Positions 1 to 9,932 are shown, counted from the first letter of the stretch. The stretch is DNA of 64,000 nucleotides from Deltaproteobacteria bacterium (GCA_024102635.1 JAGFJO010000044.1:26453-90452), one strand, 5' to 3'. Made by a program: numbers and translations. Notes: generated from the letters alone by a model not told the origin.

Positions 1-976
1 ACGCGCCGCACTCGCGCTGCCCGGCCTTATAAAATATCTGCAGCGCGAAAAGCCGGCCGCTCTTTATGCAACTGTGGCTCACGTTAATACCTTGGCGATA
101 ATCGCTGCAAAGCTCTCCGGATCTCCCGCCAAAGTCATAGTGCGCGAGTCTAGCGCTCCGTCTGCCGAACAGATACATACCGCCTCCGCCAGAATAACTC
201 ATGCCCTTTCGCATGCACTCTATCGATATTCCGACGGCATAATTGCCGTTTCGAACGGGGTACGCGATAAGCTGGCCTCCTTGATGCCGGCTGCCGCAGA
301 GAAAATTAGAGTTCTGCCCACTCCGGTTATTGATGAATATATTTTCAGCCTGGCGGAAGGCGAGATCGAACATCCATGGCTCAAAAACCGCGAACTTCCG
401 GTAATACTCGGCGCAGGGCGGCTTGTAGAGGAGAAAAACTTCGCGTTGTTAATTCGAGCGTTTCAGGCTGTAGTGCGAAGGCGGCCGGCAAGGTTAGTTA
501 TTTTAGGAGAGGGGCGGTTGAGGAGTTCGTTGACCGAACTGATTGATAGGCTGGATCTAAATCACTCGGTATCGATGCCTGGATTTAGAGTTAATCCGTT
601 CCCCTATTTAAAACACTGCGATCTCTTCGTTCTATCATCCGTATCTGAAGGGATGCCGAATGTATTGCTGCAGGCTATGTCTTTCGGAACGCCGGTTGTA
701 GCCACTGACTGCCAGAGCGGGCCGCGCGAGTGCCTTTCAGATGGATACTACGGAGATCTGGTGCCTTTAAATGATCCGGCCTCATTAAGTGAAGCCATGC
801 TCCGTTCAATCGATTCGCATAGACGCAATGACGCAGCTGCGTATGTGATGCAGAATTACTCCGTGAGCGCGGCAACCAAAGCCTACCTGAGCCTGGCGGG
901 AATCGGTACCATCAGCCGGGATACAGCTCCCCGGAACGAGGTTCCTCTGCTTGCGGGGTTCGAGGCTGTGCAATGA
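1..976 (+). CDS. Glycosyltransferase family 4 (group 1 GT), 5' end probably outside the window
   Basis: C-terminal GT-B signature EGMPNVLLQAMSFGTPVVATD; the ORF begins with GTG at 74 but the GT4 N-domain appears to run to the window edge. Confidence 0.8.
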   Translation, partial: RAALALPGLIKYLQREKPAALYATVAHVNTLAIIAAKLSGSPAKVIVRESSAPSAEQIHTASARITHALSHALYRYSDGIIAVSNGVRDKLASLMPAAAEKIRVLPTPVIDEYIFSLAEGEIEHPWLKNRELPVILGAGRLVEEKNFALLIRAFQAVVRRRPARLVILGEGRLRSSLTELIDRLDLNHSVSMPGFRVNPFPYLKHCDLFVLSSVSEGMPNVLLQAMSFGTPVVATDCQSGPRECLSDGYYGDLVPLNDPASLSEAMLRSIDSHRRNDAAAYVMQNYSVSAATKAYLSLAGIGTISRDTAPRNEVPLLAGFEAVQ

Positions 977-1126
977 TACCTCCTCCACTCGACACCGCCT
1001 AGAAGGACTCGCTTGTGGAAAGCCATTCATTGTGGTCAAGTGCAGAGGTTCTAAGCACATTTATTTACCGGGCTCACGTCACACGATTAGTGGCAGAAGA
1101 GCGCTCTTGTCAGTGCAGCACAGGTG

Positions 1127-2482
1127 TCAGTGCACAGGTTGGTATAAGCCGCGTTCAACGGCTCTAATATCCGCTGCCGATGGCGTCCTGTCCTCCCCTA
1201 CTTGGGCGTAGACGACGTAAAGCTTCGGTGGGCGGGACGCCGCCCACCTCCAGCGCGCTTTCACTGCTGATTCGGTCAACAGCATGCCTAGTAGCATGAG
1301 AAAGGGGCGCTGTTCGAGTATATTGTGACTGAAGAATCCGCCCACAATAGCGACCGTAATAAGGCCCATCCCGGCAGGACATTCCCGTTTGAAATAAACC
1401 CACCAAGAACCGATTAGCAGCATCAGATAGGCGAGAAGGCCTAATAGTCCGCAGTTCACCCACTGCTGCAAGTAAATGTTATGAGGAGGAGTTTCCAGAA
1501 AGCGGCTATGGCCTGTGCCGTGGCCTAATATCGGTGAATCATCTATTTTCTCAAGAGCTGCCTTTGCAGCTTGAATTCTATCACTGCTCGATCCGTCGTC
1601 GATCTGGCTATTGCCGCCCAGTCTATCGAGTCGCGTTCTATAGCCTTCGAACATCGCCGTGTTATTGGCTAACAGCACTGCAACTAGCGCTATAGAAGCA
1701 AGCAGCACCACAATAGATGCGATCCATGCAGCAAGTCTTAAAGCGCTCCATCCTCCTGCTGCCTGACAGTAAATGAAATAGAAGGACAAAAGCGCCAAAA
1801 ACTCTAAAATACCGCTGCGAGACTGTGTCGTGAATACGCCAACCGCGGTCAGTCCGAGGTAAAATAGATCTCCTTTCTTCATCACGGTTGCAGTGCGATA
1901 TGTCAACGACGCCGCGCATAAAAAATTAAGGACGAGGGCGCCATAATTGGAATTACCTGGAAATCCCGCCGCCCTTGATGGCACTACAGAGAAGAAGCCG
2001 GGCAGCATCAAGTCCGTCATCATCGAGAGAAAGAGCGCTACTAAAGCCGCCCGCGCGAAGATTAGGCGCGCACTTCGGAAGCGGCGGTGCAGCAGCAAAA
2101 ACAACGAAAGCACAAAAATTATAAATCCATAAGAATCCAGAAAAATATATTTGGCCCCGTCATGCCAAAATGCTGTAGGGTGCAAGGCCCAGGCAAAGGA
2201 GGCACAAACAATCAGCAGAAATGCAGAGATTGGAAGCAGATTAGCCTCTACCGTCTCCCTTATTGGCAGACCTCTATCTTTAAACCCCGAAACGGTCGAT
2301 ACAACAGCGATCGGAAGCAAAAGCAATATCGCCATGATCGTGGGCGTTGAGATGTAGCCGAATTTCCCAAGCGCCATATCACCCGTGCTCAAGAAAATCG
2401 CACACACAAAAACCACATAGGCATTAGCCAAGATAACTACAAGACGCTGCTTCGAGGTGATATTACTCATACTGAATCGCAT
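1127..2482 (-). CDS. O-antigen ligase/polymerase-like (Wzy/WaaL family) polytopic membrane protein
   Basis: About 10 predicted TM helices with a large periplasmic loop; sits among GT and flippase genes. Confidence 0.6.
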   Translation of the reverse strand: MRFSMSNITSKQRLVVILANAYVVFVCAIFLSTGDMALGKFGYISTPTIMAILLLLPIAVVSTVSGFKDRGLPIRETVEANLLPISAFLLIVCASFAWALHPTAFWHDGAKYIFLDSYGFIIFVLSLFLLLHRRFRSARLIFARAALVALFLSMMTDLMLPGFFSVVPSRAAGFPGNSNYGALVLNFLCAASLTYRTATVMKKGDLFYLGLTAVGVFTTQSRSGILEFLALLSFYFIYCQAAGGWSALRLAAWIASIVVLLASIALVAVLLANNTAMFEGYRTRLDRLGGNSQIDDGSSSDRIQAAKAALEKIDDSPILGHGTGHSRFLETPPHNIYLQQWVNCGLLGLLAYLMLLIGSWWVYFKRECPAGMGLITVAIVGGFFSHNILEQRPFLMLLGMLLTESAVKARWRWAASRPPKLYVVYAQVGEDRTPSAADIRAVERGLYQPVH

Positions 2483-2605
2483 GGTTTACATTACGTCAAT
2501 CAGATACCCTTCAGAACATTCTTATCATGATCCTCGTAAGCCATTTTAGGAGGATTTAAGCAGCGGTATGGATCATGCTGTAAGAGCCGATTATCCGGAT
2601 GAAAA

Positions 2606-4135
2606 ATGATTGATCGCGATCAGCTAAGCTCAAAAGTATTGTCAGGCCTGTCGTGGTCTTACTGCTCTGCCGCCATTGACGCCATCTCCCGTCTGGCCAT
2701 CATATCGATTCTCGCTCACCTTCTTACGCCCAGAGACTTCGGAATCGTCGGACTGGCAATTATCTTCACTACCTTCGCCGAACGGGTGGGACAATTTGGG
2801 ATCGGACCGGCAGTTGTACAGTCAGAAATTCTAACCCGCCGCCACATCGATTCTGCCGTCGTAATATCCCTAATCACAGGGCTTGTAATGGCTGGCACTT
2901 TATTTATGGCCAGCTACCCAATAGCGGGCTTTTTCAAAGAGCCGATATTACAACCGGTAACAGCTGTGCTTGCTCTTGTATTTATATTTGACGCAATAAC
3001 TCAGGTACCACTTTGTCTTCTCATGAGAGACATGCAGTTTAAGCAGCTCATGATAGTGGAAAACGGGGCGTATCTGCTGGGAAGCGGCGCCATGGGTATC
3101 GCGCTTGCTCTAAGCGGATTTGGCGTGTGGGCATTGGTGTTTTCGCACCTAGGATCGCGGCTAATAAAGCTTCTACTAACTCTAAAAATGTCACGGTCCG
3201 GCTGGTCGATCTCTATACACAAACAGGAGGCGTCTCAGCTTTTTCGCACCGGCGTTGGTTTCAGTTTAGGACGATTGCTGAACTTCGTCGCGCTTCAGGG
3301 AGATAATCTGGTAGTGGGCCGATTTCTGGGAGCCGCTGCTTTAGGTCTATATAGCAGGTCATACCAGCTAATGACGCTTCCTTCGACCTATATCGCTCAA
3401 ATAATCGATCGCGTCCTTTTTCCTGCAATGGCTCAACGTCAAAGCAACCCTGCCAAACTAAGTGCAGTTCTACTGGTAGGAATCGAGCTAATAGGACTGG
3501 TGTCGCTGCCTTTCTCCGTTTTTGTGCTGCTTTTTTCACGGGAGATAATTTCACTTTTGTTCGGATCTCATTGGATTGGCGCCGCCGGTGTGCTGCAGGT
3601 GCTCTCCCTTGGGATTTTTTTTAGGTGCGCCTATAAATGTGGAGATACCGTGCTGAGAGCTTTAGGCGCCGTTTTTCAGCATGCCGGAATACAGGCGGCC
3701 TATGCTGCGCTTGTGATCGGGGGTTGTATTCTAGGCAGCCGTTGGGGACTAACAGGAATAACAATTGCGGTTCTAGCGGCTGTATTCATCAACTACCTGC
3801 TTTTGTCATACCGCGCCCTTCAGCTGTTGAGGTTGAATGTACAACAATTCTTAGCTGCACATCTTCCGGGTATATGGCTGAGCGCCGCTCTTGCGGCCGT
3901 ACTGCTACCACTACAAATTTGGATCCGTTCAGTGACCTCCTCTGATTTGGTGGTTCTGCTCACCGCTGCCTCTGTCAGTACTGCGGTGCTACTCGCGGGC
4001 AGCAGAGCCGCACCGGACGGCTTCAAACCTATTGAAAGCGCCAAGCTCCTGGGAAGGCTTCAAAGACCATACTGGCTGCTGCGCGGAGCCGAGTTCGTCA
4101 CCGGCATGCAGATGCGGGCAGCCGAGAGGTTGTAG
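2606..4135 (+). CDS. Wzx-type polysaccharide flippase (MOP superfamily polysaccharide biosynthesis protein)
   Basis: 509 aa with 12-14 TM helices and typical Wzx hydrophobic architecture; the stop is 1 bp before the next GT start. Confidence 0.7.
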   Translation: MIDRDQLSSKVLSGLSWSYCSAAIDAISRLAIISILAHLLTPRDFGIVGLAIIFTTFAERVGQFGIGPAVVQSEILTRRHIDSAVVISLITGLVMAGTLFMASYPIAGFFKEPILQPVTAVLALVFIFDAITQVPLCLLMRDMQFKQLMIVENGAYLLGSGAMGIALALSGFGVWALVFSHLGSRLIKLLLTLKMSRSGWSISIHKQEASQLFRTGVGFSLGRLLNFVALQGDNLVVGRFLGAAALGLYSRSYQLMTLPSTYIAQIIDRVLFPAMAQRQSNPAKLSAVLLVGIELIGLVSLPFSVFVLLFSREIISLLFGSHWIGAAGVLQVLSLGIFFRCAYKCGDTVLRALGAVFQHAGIQAAYAALVIGGCILGSRWGLTGITIAVLAAVFINYLLLSYRALQLLRLNVQQFLAAHLPGIWLSAALAAVLLPLQIWIRSVTSSDLVVLLTAASVSTAVLLAGSRAAPDGFKPIESAKLLGRLQRPYWLLRGAEFVTGMQMRAAERL

Positions 4136-4136
4136 A

Positions 4137-5315
4137 ATGAAAGGCGATCCCTCCAAGATAATGCACTGTATTACTTCGCTTCATGGCGACGGCGCACAAC
4201 GCATGCTGCTGCGGCTTACTACTGCACTTAATGAACTCGGCCTGAATAACATAATCGTTTCACTTAGCGGCAAAAGTGAACTCGCTGAAAACTTCAAGAA
4301 GGCCGGCTCCACGGTACTCGAGCTGTGCATGCCCGCTGGCCGTCCTACATTCGCCGGCTTTCTGCAATTGACAAGGTTAATCAAGCGGCATCGTCCCGGC
4401 ATAATCCAGGGGTGGATGCATCATGCCAATCTCGCAGCGACGGTGGCAAGTTGGGCCTCCGGCGTCAGGCCGTACGTATATTGGAATATCCGCAGGTCCC
4501 TCTACGATCTAAGCTATGACGGCCTCTCAACAAAGGCGGCAATAACGCTGGGTGCTTTGCTCTCGCACCATACACGAGCGATTATCTACAACAGTGATGT
4601 CAGCAGACGCCAGCACGAAACCATCGGATACTGCGCGAAGCGTTCGATTATGATTTACAATGGGTTCGACTATAGTAGATATCGTCCAGATCCATCGGCC
4701 CGAATTGCGCTGTTGCAACGCTTGAATATTCCCGGGGACGCTATAATCGTGGGCTGCGTTGGAAGGTTCCACCCTCATAAGGGTCAGAGCTATCTTTTGG
4801 AGGCAATTCCCCACGTAGTGGCAAAGGTGCCGCACGCTCATTTCGTGCTGGCTGGCCGAGAGGTCGACGCTCGAAATAATGAGATCGCGCGGCTTTTGAA
4901 AAATAGAGAAGTATCAAATGTGCATCTACTCGGAGGATCAGAGAACGTCGAGAAGTTAATGGCGGCTTTTGACGTTTACTGTTCCCCTTCAACTAGCGAG
5001 GGGTTCCCGAATGTACTTGCAGAGGCGATGTCATGCGGAGTTCCGTGTGTGGCAACAGATGCTGGAGCATCGGCCCAGCTGCTGGAAGGACTCGGACTTA
5101 TCGTAGAGAGAGGGAACTCAAGTGCTATTTCACAAGCCATCCTTTCGATGATTCAGCTCGGGCCGCTAAAGCGGGCGAAACTTGGCGAACTCGGGCGCCG
5201 GAGAATAACAGAACAGTACTCTATGGAGCTCGTGATCGAGAGATACCGCCGTTTATATCTACCAGAGACGGCCCTTGCGCCGGCGGCTATAGCGGGTCCA
5301 TACGTAGGCGTCTAA
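4137..5315 (+). CDS. Glycosyltransferase family 4
   Basis: N-terminus MKGDPSKIMHCITSLHGDGAQRMLL and the EGFPNVLAEAMSCGVPCVATD motif; GAGG RBS before the ATG at 4137. The track start at 4032 overlaps wzx and is unlikely. Confidence 0.85.
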   Translation: MKGDPSKIMHCITSLHGDGAQRMLLRLTTALNELGLNNIIVSLSGKSELAENFKKAGSTVLELCMPAGRPTFAGFLQLTRLIKRHRPGIIQGWMHHANLAATVASWASGVRPYVYWNIRRSLYDLSYDGLSTKAAITLGALLSHHTRAIIYNSDVSRRQHETIGYCAKRSIMIYNGFDYSRYRPDPSARIALLQRLNIPGDAIIVGCVGRFHPHKGQSYLLEAIPHVVAKVPHAHFVLAGREVDARNNEIARLLKNREVSNVHLLGGSENVEKLMAAFDVYCSPSTSEGFPNVLAEAMSCGVPCVATDAGASAQLLEGLGLIVERGNSSAISQAILSMIQLGPLKRAKLGELGRRRITEQYSMELVIERYRRLYLPETALAPAAIAGPYVGV

Positions 5316-5360
5316 AACCCGCAAGCTCGTAACTACCGGGGCTAGCAATGAAACCAGCGA

Positions 5361-5401
5361 GAGCGGTGAGATAAAAGCTCAATCTCCTCTCGCTGACCTC
5401 G
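5361..5401. terminator. 9-bp-stem hairpin between convergent genes (CAGCGAGAG ... CTCTCGCTG), no clear U-tract
   Basis: Inverted repeat read directly in the 5316-5417 intergenic space. Confidence 0.3.
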
Positions 5402-5417
5402 CCGGCCTCTTGGTTAT

Positions 5418-7208
5418 TTAAGTTTTACTCTTACGTTGCCTTTTTAACCTCAGTCTTTCGAGCTTGTTCTCCCTTGCACGAATCAGACGGCGAAGCGCCT
5501 TCCCTCGTATGTTGAGAGAAGCAAGCACTCTTCTAGCCTTTTTGCACGAGCGCGATTTATCATCACGGCAAACAACTCTGCTTTTAACCAGCTCTAACCG
5601 TTTTAGCGCCGCACAAGACCCGGAAGGGGCACTTGCCGGGCAGCCTTTGCCGCCACCTGCTCTGTGCTGCTTCTGCTTGTTTTTCTTCTTCGATTTTTTC
5701 CCCTTTCCCTTCTGCTTCTTTTTCTTGCCGTCCGACGGCTTGTTTGGTTGGGCGGTAGGCGTATTAGGAGAACCCGGTGTAGCAGCAGGTGGCTTAGGAG
5801 AGGACGGCGGCTTGGTTGCATCCGGCGGCTGGGCCGGGGTCGGACCTCCCGGGGCGGCTCTTCGCCCTTCCACCTCGGCAGCCATAGAGTGTAACCACTC
5901 CTCCAATATGGTGTATCCGTTTCCATCCGGGTCAGAATTGAAATTATCAGGCACTGAAAGTGCTCTATAGTTTTGCGCCCTGGCAGGCCACCCACCTGCA
6001 TGGCGGGAGCATCCTGACACACAATCCTTTAGCGTCCCCGTACCATTAGCCACCTCAGAGATCACTCTCGCATCGACGTCGTTTCGATCAGCCGGCCTAG
6101 AGCCTGCATTGGCCAGAACGAACTGAAATGTATCGCTTGGTGAACGGGCCGCAGTGGTCATGTTAAGTGGCGGCGATGACGCTTGATATGGGGACTGCGG
6201 CATGCTGGAGATCAACCACTCGCTGCCGCTATTGGTCGGCCGTGTCGGGCCGATGTTATTACTCACGTATGCGCGAGAACCGGATTCCAGATTGCGGCCA
6301 TACAATGGGGCATGAAAGGGGCTGTTTGGTCCTCTCTTATAGACGTTTCCCACCATGTTAAGAAGGATCGGAGCGCCAACGTTGGTGTCGTCGGACATAT
6401 TCATCAGATTCGATCCGCTCGTACCGCCCCAGTTGTAAATGACGTTGTTGATAAAATCTATCGTCGCACCCGCCTTCAACCTGATATTGCGGTCATTGTT
6501 GTGGGCAAATAAAGAATTATGAACCGATATACGAGTTGTAAAATCGCCAATCAGCATGCCCGAACCGTGAGGACCTTCAGGATGAAGAGAGTCGTGAAGC
6601 GACTCCGAAACAATGCTCTTGCTGAATGTGACCTCATGGGTTGATGAATGGTAGGTGCTAGCGTTCTCATCAATTCCCCAGCTGATGGAAAGATGATCTA
6701 GAAATACCTTGTAAGCCCGTCTGCTGCTGGAAGACGTTCCAACTGTCAAACCATCACGGCTCTCTGCCTTCGTGCCCGCTCCATCGCCCGGTCTCACCTC
6801 CATGTGCTGCACCAGTACATTGTGGGACTCTATGCGTAGAGAGGCGCCGGTTAGAAGAATTCCCGGGCTTGGAGCCGTCTGCCCCGCAATAGTGATGTAC
6901 GGACTTCGAATGCTGAGATCTTGGGTTAGTTTAATCTGGCCCGAAACCTCAAAGACACAGACTCTTGGCACCACCGCATCGACACACTCCCTAAGCGAAC
7001 CGCTTCCGCTGTTGTTTAAATTAACCACTTTATAAACAGTGGTTCGCGGGGTAGAGAGATGGCGCCCGCTTCCCGCCACAGTATCCGACCCATATCCTTC
7101 CGCACCGGGAAAGACGGGAACCTGAGCGTTAACGGGCGCCGAAGTAGCACTAACTGCCAGTGCCGCTATCAAGAAGGTTGCGGCGAACCTTGAAAAACCA
7201 ACTGCCAT
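5418..7208 (-). CDS. Secreted pectate-lyase-like polysaccharide lyase (PL1-like beta-helix) with C-terminal Pro-rich linker, poly-Lys tract and Cys/basic tail
   Basis: Signal peptide MAVGFSRFAATFLIAALAVSATSAPVNAQ. PL1-like motifs GAEGYG...GSGSLR, VFLDHLSISWGIDE and HNNDRNIRLKAGATIDFINNVIYNWGG. Tail reads PAQPPDATKPPSSPKPP...DGKKKKQKGKGKKSKKKNKQKQ. Confidence 0.6.
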   Translation of the reverse strand: MAVGFSRFAATFLIAALAVSATSAPVNAQVPVFPGAEGYGSDTVAGSGRHLSTPRTTVYKVVNLNNSGSGSLRECVDAVVPRVCVFEVSGQIKLTQDLSIRSPYITIAGQTAPSPGILLTGASLRIESHNVLVQHMEVRPGDGAGTKAESRDGLTVGTSSSSRRAYKVFLDHLSISWGIDENASTYHSSTHEVTFSKSIVSESLHDSLHPEGPHGSGMLIGDFTTRISVHNSLFAHNNDRNIRLKAGATIDFINNVIYNWGGTSGSNLMNMSDDTNVGAPILLNMVGNVYKRGPNSPFHAPLYGRNLESGSRAYVSNNIGPTRPTNSGSEWLISSMPQSPYQASSPPLNMTTAARSPSDTFQFVLANAGSRPADRNDVDARVISEVANGTGTLKDCVSGCSRHAGGWPARAQNYRALSVPDNFNSDPDGNGYTILEEWLHSMAAEVEGRRAAPGGPTPAQPPDATKPPSSPKPPAATPGSPNTPTAQPNKPSDGKKKKQKGKGKKSKKKNKQKQHRAGGGKGCPASAPSGSCAALKRLELVKSRVVCRDDKSRSCKKARRVLASLNIRGKALRRLIRARENKLERLRLKRQRKSKT

Positions 7209-7470
7209 TTGAACCTCTCTGGTTACGAATTAACGAAAAAACGAGAACCCACCCAGGTGACCCGGGCACAACCGGAAAAACCAAGGCAAGCATAATGCCA
7301 GTCATAGACAACAACACGGGGGCCTCTAGCACAAGCGTGGCGGATGATTTATTGATGCAGAATTTGAGATGGTGTTGCACTGCTTCTGGTGAAAACTTCC
7401 GAAACTACGCAAAAAGATAGGATCAAAATGACGTTGGTCAAAGGTATAAAATGAATTCTTGCCCAAAAAA

Positions 7471-7501
7471 AAATGAAAACCTCCGTTTGGAGGTTTTCAT
7501 T
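7471..7501. terminator. Bidirectional rho-independent terminator
   Basis: AATGAAAACCTCC-gttt-GGAGGTTTTCATT with a perfect 13-bp stem; A9 run on one side and T-rich on the other; 44 bp downstream of the minus-strand gene ending at 7544. Confidence 0.7.
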
Positions 7502-7543
7502 TCATTTAAACAACGATGGTGTGGTTCGCGATGCGAGACGCCG

Positions 7544-8758
7544 TTACTTAGAGCGAATCTTCGCTTTCGTCCCGGCCTTGCGGGCCTGCTTTTTAATCAC
7601 AGAGGAGATCGCTTTTGTGCACAAAGCTTGCCCACTGGGCCTCTGAGATCTCTTCTCGATTGACTGCAAAAGTGGATATTCCGAGAATGTGGAGTACCCG
7701 CTGGCCTGAAGATAAGTATCAACCAGCTTCCTAACCGATTTTTTCAATTTTACATTCCTGGGCGATGCTCCGGCAGTTGTAATAGTTTGCCCCAGGCCAT
7801 TTTGGTAATCCGCGACTGTCAAGTTAACCAGCTCATCGACCCTAAGATTGTTCGCCAAGAGTAGGGAAGCGATGATCTTGTCTCGCAGGGCGGTAAGAGT
7901 CTTGAATTTTGAGCGAAGAATTCTCTTTTTGAACTCGCGGGCAATCTTTACCTTGCCGGCGGGCCTAATATCACCGCCCTCGCAGAACGACGCATTAAGC
8001 ACAGCCGGAGGAAGATTTTCCACCTGGCGGCACTCCTTAGCGAAGGTGCTGTTGGAGGTAAACCGCTCCTCGGTTGAAGCGTCAACAAGAGTGAAATTAT
8101 CGATTCTTACCCGCCCATGTGCGACCGGCACAAAGACGCCGAAGGCTGATACCGGTCCAGCCGAAGGCAGCGCAACACCTGAATTTGCCGGTGGTACCGG
8201 CCCCACCCCAGGGGTGTCTGGAGAGGTGCCATAGGTAAGCTCATGAGGTGACAATACTACCGCCTCGAAAAACCCTCGATCTACCTGGCGGGTGACCAGG
8301 TCCGAAAAATACCAGGTTCCGTTAATCAATAGCGCTAACTGGGAGCCGTCCGGGACTCCTTCGAGACTTATACCGCTAAGCCTTTGGTGGTATTCAACCT
8401 GAACGAGGCTGGAGACGTCGAAGCTTAACTCCTCAGTGTAAATTGTAAGCCCGCTAACCTCTCGTGCCCAGAATCCGGCCCCATCCTCAGAACCTCGCGG
8501 ATTGGAGTTTATATCCGTTACATTGCCAGGGCCTCCTGGGGGATGCACCTTCAAGTTTCCGATTTTTGCGCGTCTTATGCCTGGTAAAACTGCGCGCCAA
8601 TCCGCCACCTCAAAGGCATTACGGTGCGGGTTGTGAGCTGACCCGCAGTAGCTGAAGGTCTCGCGGTAGAATGGTGTAGCAGAAGCAGGTACAGTTGCCG
8701 CTAACGCCACTAACATTACTACTATAAAGGAAGTTGATTTGTGTGTTGCGTTTTCCAT
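7544..8758 (-). CDS. Secreted hypothetical protein whose C-terminal ~130 aa resemble a truncated tyrosine-recombinase catalytic domain (box I, no HxxR/Y)
   Basis: Signal peptide MENATHKSTSFIVVMLVALAATVPASA. C-terminus ALRDKIIASLLLANNLRVDELVNLTVADYQ...KKSVRKLVDTYL...PLLQSI...ISSVIKKQARKAG matches the integrase box I/box II pattern; the ORF stops before the HxLRH/Y region. Confidence 0.5.
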   Translation of the reverse strand: MENATHKSTSFIVVMLVALAATVPASATPFYRETFSYCGSAHNPHRNAFEVADWRAVLPGIRRAKIGNLKVHPPGGPGNVTDINSNPRGSEDGAGFWAREVSGLTIYTEELSFDVSSLVQVEYHQRLSGISLEGVPDGSQLALLINGTWYFSDLVTRQVDRGFFEAVVLSPHELTYGTSPDTPGVGPVPPANSGVALPSAGPVSAFGVFVPVAHGRVRIDNFTLVDASTEERFTSNSTFAKECRQVENLPPAVLNASFCEGGDIRPAGKVKIAREFKKRILRSKFKTLTALRDKIIASLLLANNLRVDELVNLTVADYQNGLGQTITTAGASPRNVKLKKSVRKLVDTYLQASGYSTFSEYPLLQSIEKRSQRPSGQALCTKAISSVIKKQARKAGTKAKIRSK

Positions 8759-8923
8759 AATGACATTCCCTCGTATTTAGGAATGTCAAAGTAACAACTG
8801 ACGATGCTCCGCTCAAACAGTGAATGCAGCCGCTTGGGTGAGTCCGATCATGACCGATGAAAAAAAGCTGCGTTTGGGCGGCTATGGATTGACGAGCGTT
8901 AAAGTGAAAAGGCGCGGGCTTGG

Positions 8924-9286
8924 CTAGTGGAGAATTATCTTCTTTGAATCGGAGCCATCTATAATCTCCGTTTCCTGAACTCCCCGGTGAACCTGTACGC
9001 CGTGCACGTAGACTTTGGCCTCAAAATCCCGTGCCATTTTTTGCAGTTTTCGCTTTATCTGCATTAACTTCCACCCGACGAAGGCAACCACTATCCCCAT
9101 CGAGATGAACAGCAGCGCGATTAACCCGAGAAAAAAAGTCGGTGCGACAATGATGCCGACTCCAATCAGCAAAAGAACTAAACCGGGTGAGACCATGAGC
9201 ATCTGCTCTCGGTCGGCCTTAAGAGCGGACACATGAGATTTCATTGACAAAAACATCTCTTTTGGAAGCTTGCGAGGCTTTTTCAT
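8924..9286 (-). CDS. Small two-TM membrane protein, hypothetical
   Basis: 120 aa with two hydrophobic helices and a basic juxtamembrane region; no recognised family. Confidence 0.35.
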   Translation of the reverse strand: MKKPRKLPKEMFLSMKSHVSALKADREQMLMVSPGLVLLLIGVGIIVAPTFFLGLIALLFISMGIVVAFVGWKLMQIKRKLQKMARDFEAKVYVHGVQVHRGVQETEIIDGSDSKKIILH

Positions 9287-9446
9287 CGTTCGTCGACCCC
9301 TCCCTGAATAAGGGCACCGTTATAAAGTGGTTGATGAAGAAGAAACTATCTATATTTAATCATGTAATCACTCGATTTACAAATGACGAGCTTACCTATA
9401 TCTATTCAATGAATCTAAAGGCCATGGTTCTCATCTCCGCCGATCA

Positions 9447-9932
9447 ATGAATGCACAGCAAGCAATTCAATCGCTCTCTTCAATCCCGATCGATTTTAAC
9501 TATTGGATTTTACAATCGATTGCCATGGGCATCACCTGCTTCCTGATCAGAGGTCTTTCTCTCTCCAGCCCTCTAGGAGCGCTTTTTATAGTGCTTGGCC
9601 TGGCATTTGTGAATTCCTTTGCCTGGGATGCGGCGCTCTTTTTCAGTATTCCCGACCGGTTCACATATCATGCGGCACTTCTTCTTCTAATGAACGGCTT
9701 GATTTTTTGGCTGCTGGTTAAGCTACTGCCGGGAATCGAGGTTAGAGGGATTTTGCCGGCGTTGATTGCTCCTGTTGTATTTACAATCACTAGTATGCTG
9801 ATTGAGAAATATGGCAATGACCTTTCCGTTGGCGCCGTATTTCAGATCCTGTTACATCAAGTGCAAGAATTAAAGGAAATGCTGCTCAGCGCAGCACCGG
9901 CAACCGAACATGCAGCCCTCACACAACCCTAA
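9447..9932 (+). CDS. 4-TM membrane protein, possibly phage-holin-4 superfamily-like
   Basis: 161 aa with four hydrophobic segments resembling the PF04020-type small membrane proteins; weak. Confidence 0.35.
   Translation: MNAQQAIQSLSSIPIDFNYWILQSIAMGITCFLIRGLSLSSPLGALFIVLGLAFVNSFAWDAALFFSIPDRFTYHAALLLLMNGLIFWLLVKLLPGIEVRGILPALIAPVVFTITSMLIEKYGNDLSVGAVFQILLHQVQELKEMLLSAAPATEHAALTQP

Noticed and set aside
675-1211. Short overlapping ORFs in the track (675-875 minus, 806-1060 minus, 951-1211 plus, and similar nested ORFs throughout)
   Set aside because: They are embedded in or antisense to longer ORFs with clear family signatures. They show no RBS and reflect the codon bias of the opposite strand.
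5464-5970. Plus-strand ORFs (168 aa, 76 aa) rich in Leu/Phe/Arg inside the lyase gene
   Set aside because: Antisense to the poly-Lys/Pro-rich coding tract (AAG/AAA-rich on the coding strand gives CTT/TTT antisense); low-complexity artefact.
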